A stretch of 63,062 nucleotides of DNA, filler included, from Reticulomyxa filosa (taxonomy: Eukaryota; Protista; Foraminifera): assembly GCA_000512085.1 (NCBI GenBank). It is 25 parts of 25 records of this genome, joined end to end, with 100 filler letters (N's around TTAATTAATTAA, not from the genome) between each part and the next. Parts side by side here need not be neighbours in the genome. Positions count along the whole stretch, not along the records: positions 61,748 to 63,062 come from ASPP01008984.1; 24 more parts are not named here. One strand, 5' to 3'. How positions within the stretch are numbered: the first letter of the stretch is position 1; each line of letters begins with the position of its first letter. Position numbers and translations under genes: made by a program. Positions 62,951 to 63,062 of this stretch are shown here, piece after piece. Under the pieces are notes generated by a model. It had not been told where the DNA came from. It ran no database searches and was given only the letters and a program-made list of their open reading frames with translations.

Positions 62951-63062
62951 TGTAAAAATGCACGCCACATAAGCAACAGCTCACTTACAAAAAAAAAAAA
63001 AAAAAAGAGGATATATATATCAACAACAAAGTGTATAAAAATTCACAAACCAGGAAGTTCAA

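Noticed and set aside
59284-63062. HGT island or gene cluster linking ccoG with the P450 or PGM2
   Set aside because: These genes lie on separate contigs joined by spacers, so there is no linkage evidence.

Overview
This window is not contiguous DNA. It is about 25 short, unordered contigs joined by artificial ~100-nt spacers (N-run + TTAATTAATTAA + N-run), so adjacency across spacers has no biological meaning. Almost all contigs come from an AT-rich, intron-rich protist. The many decayed WD40, TPR and Kelch copies and the intron style resemble the foraminiferan Reticulomyxa filosa; this is recognition from memory, not verified. Recognisable spliced genes are a CAP-Gly protein, an F-box-like protein, a METTL13/EEF1AKMT4-like methyltransferase, an ankyrin protein ending in a CaaX box, a PAH-domain protein, an acyl-CoA dehydrogenase ending in PTS1 (-AKL), AP-4 epsilon, an RRM protein, a C2H2 zinc-finger protein, PGM2 and a P450. 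There are also decayed LINE ORF1 and ORF2 pieces and one GC-rich bacterial contig (GGDEF end + ccoG). Two unexplained signals stand out. The first is a diverged ~0.75-0.95 kb tandem repeat family found on three independent contigs. The second is a multi-pass membrane protein with XK/Xkr-like motifs behind a very long K/P/T and TRHP repeat stalk. I found no clear evidence of a complete new biological system; these two are leads.
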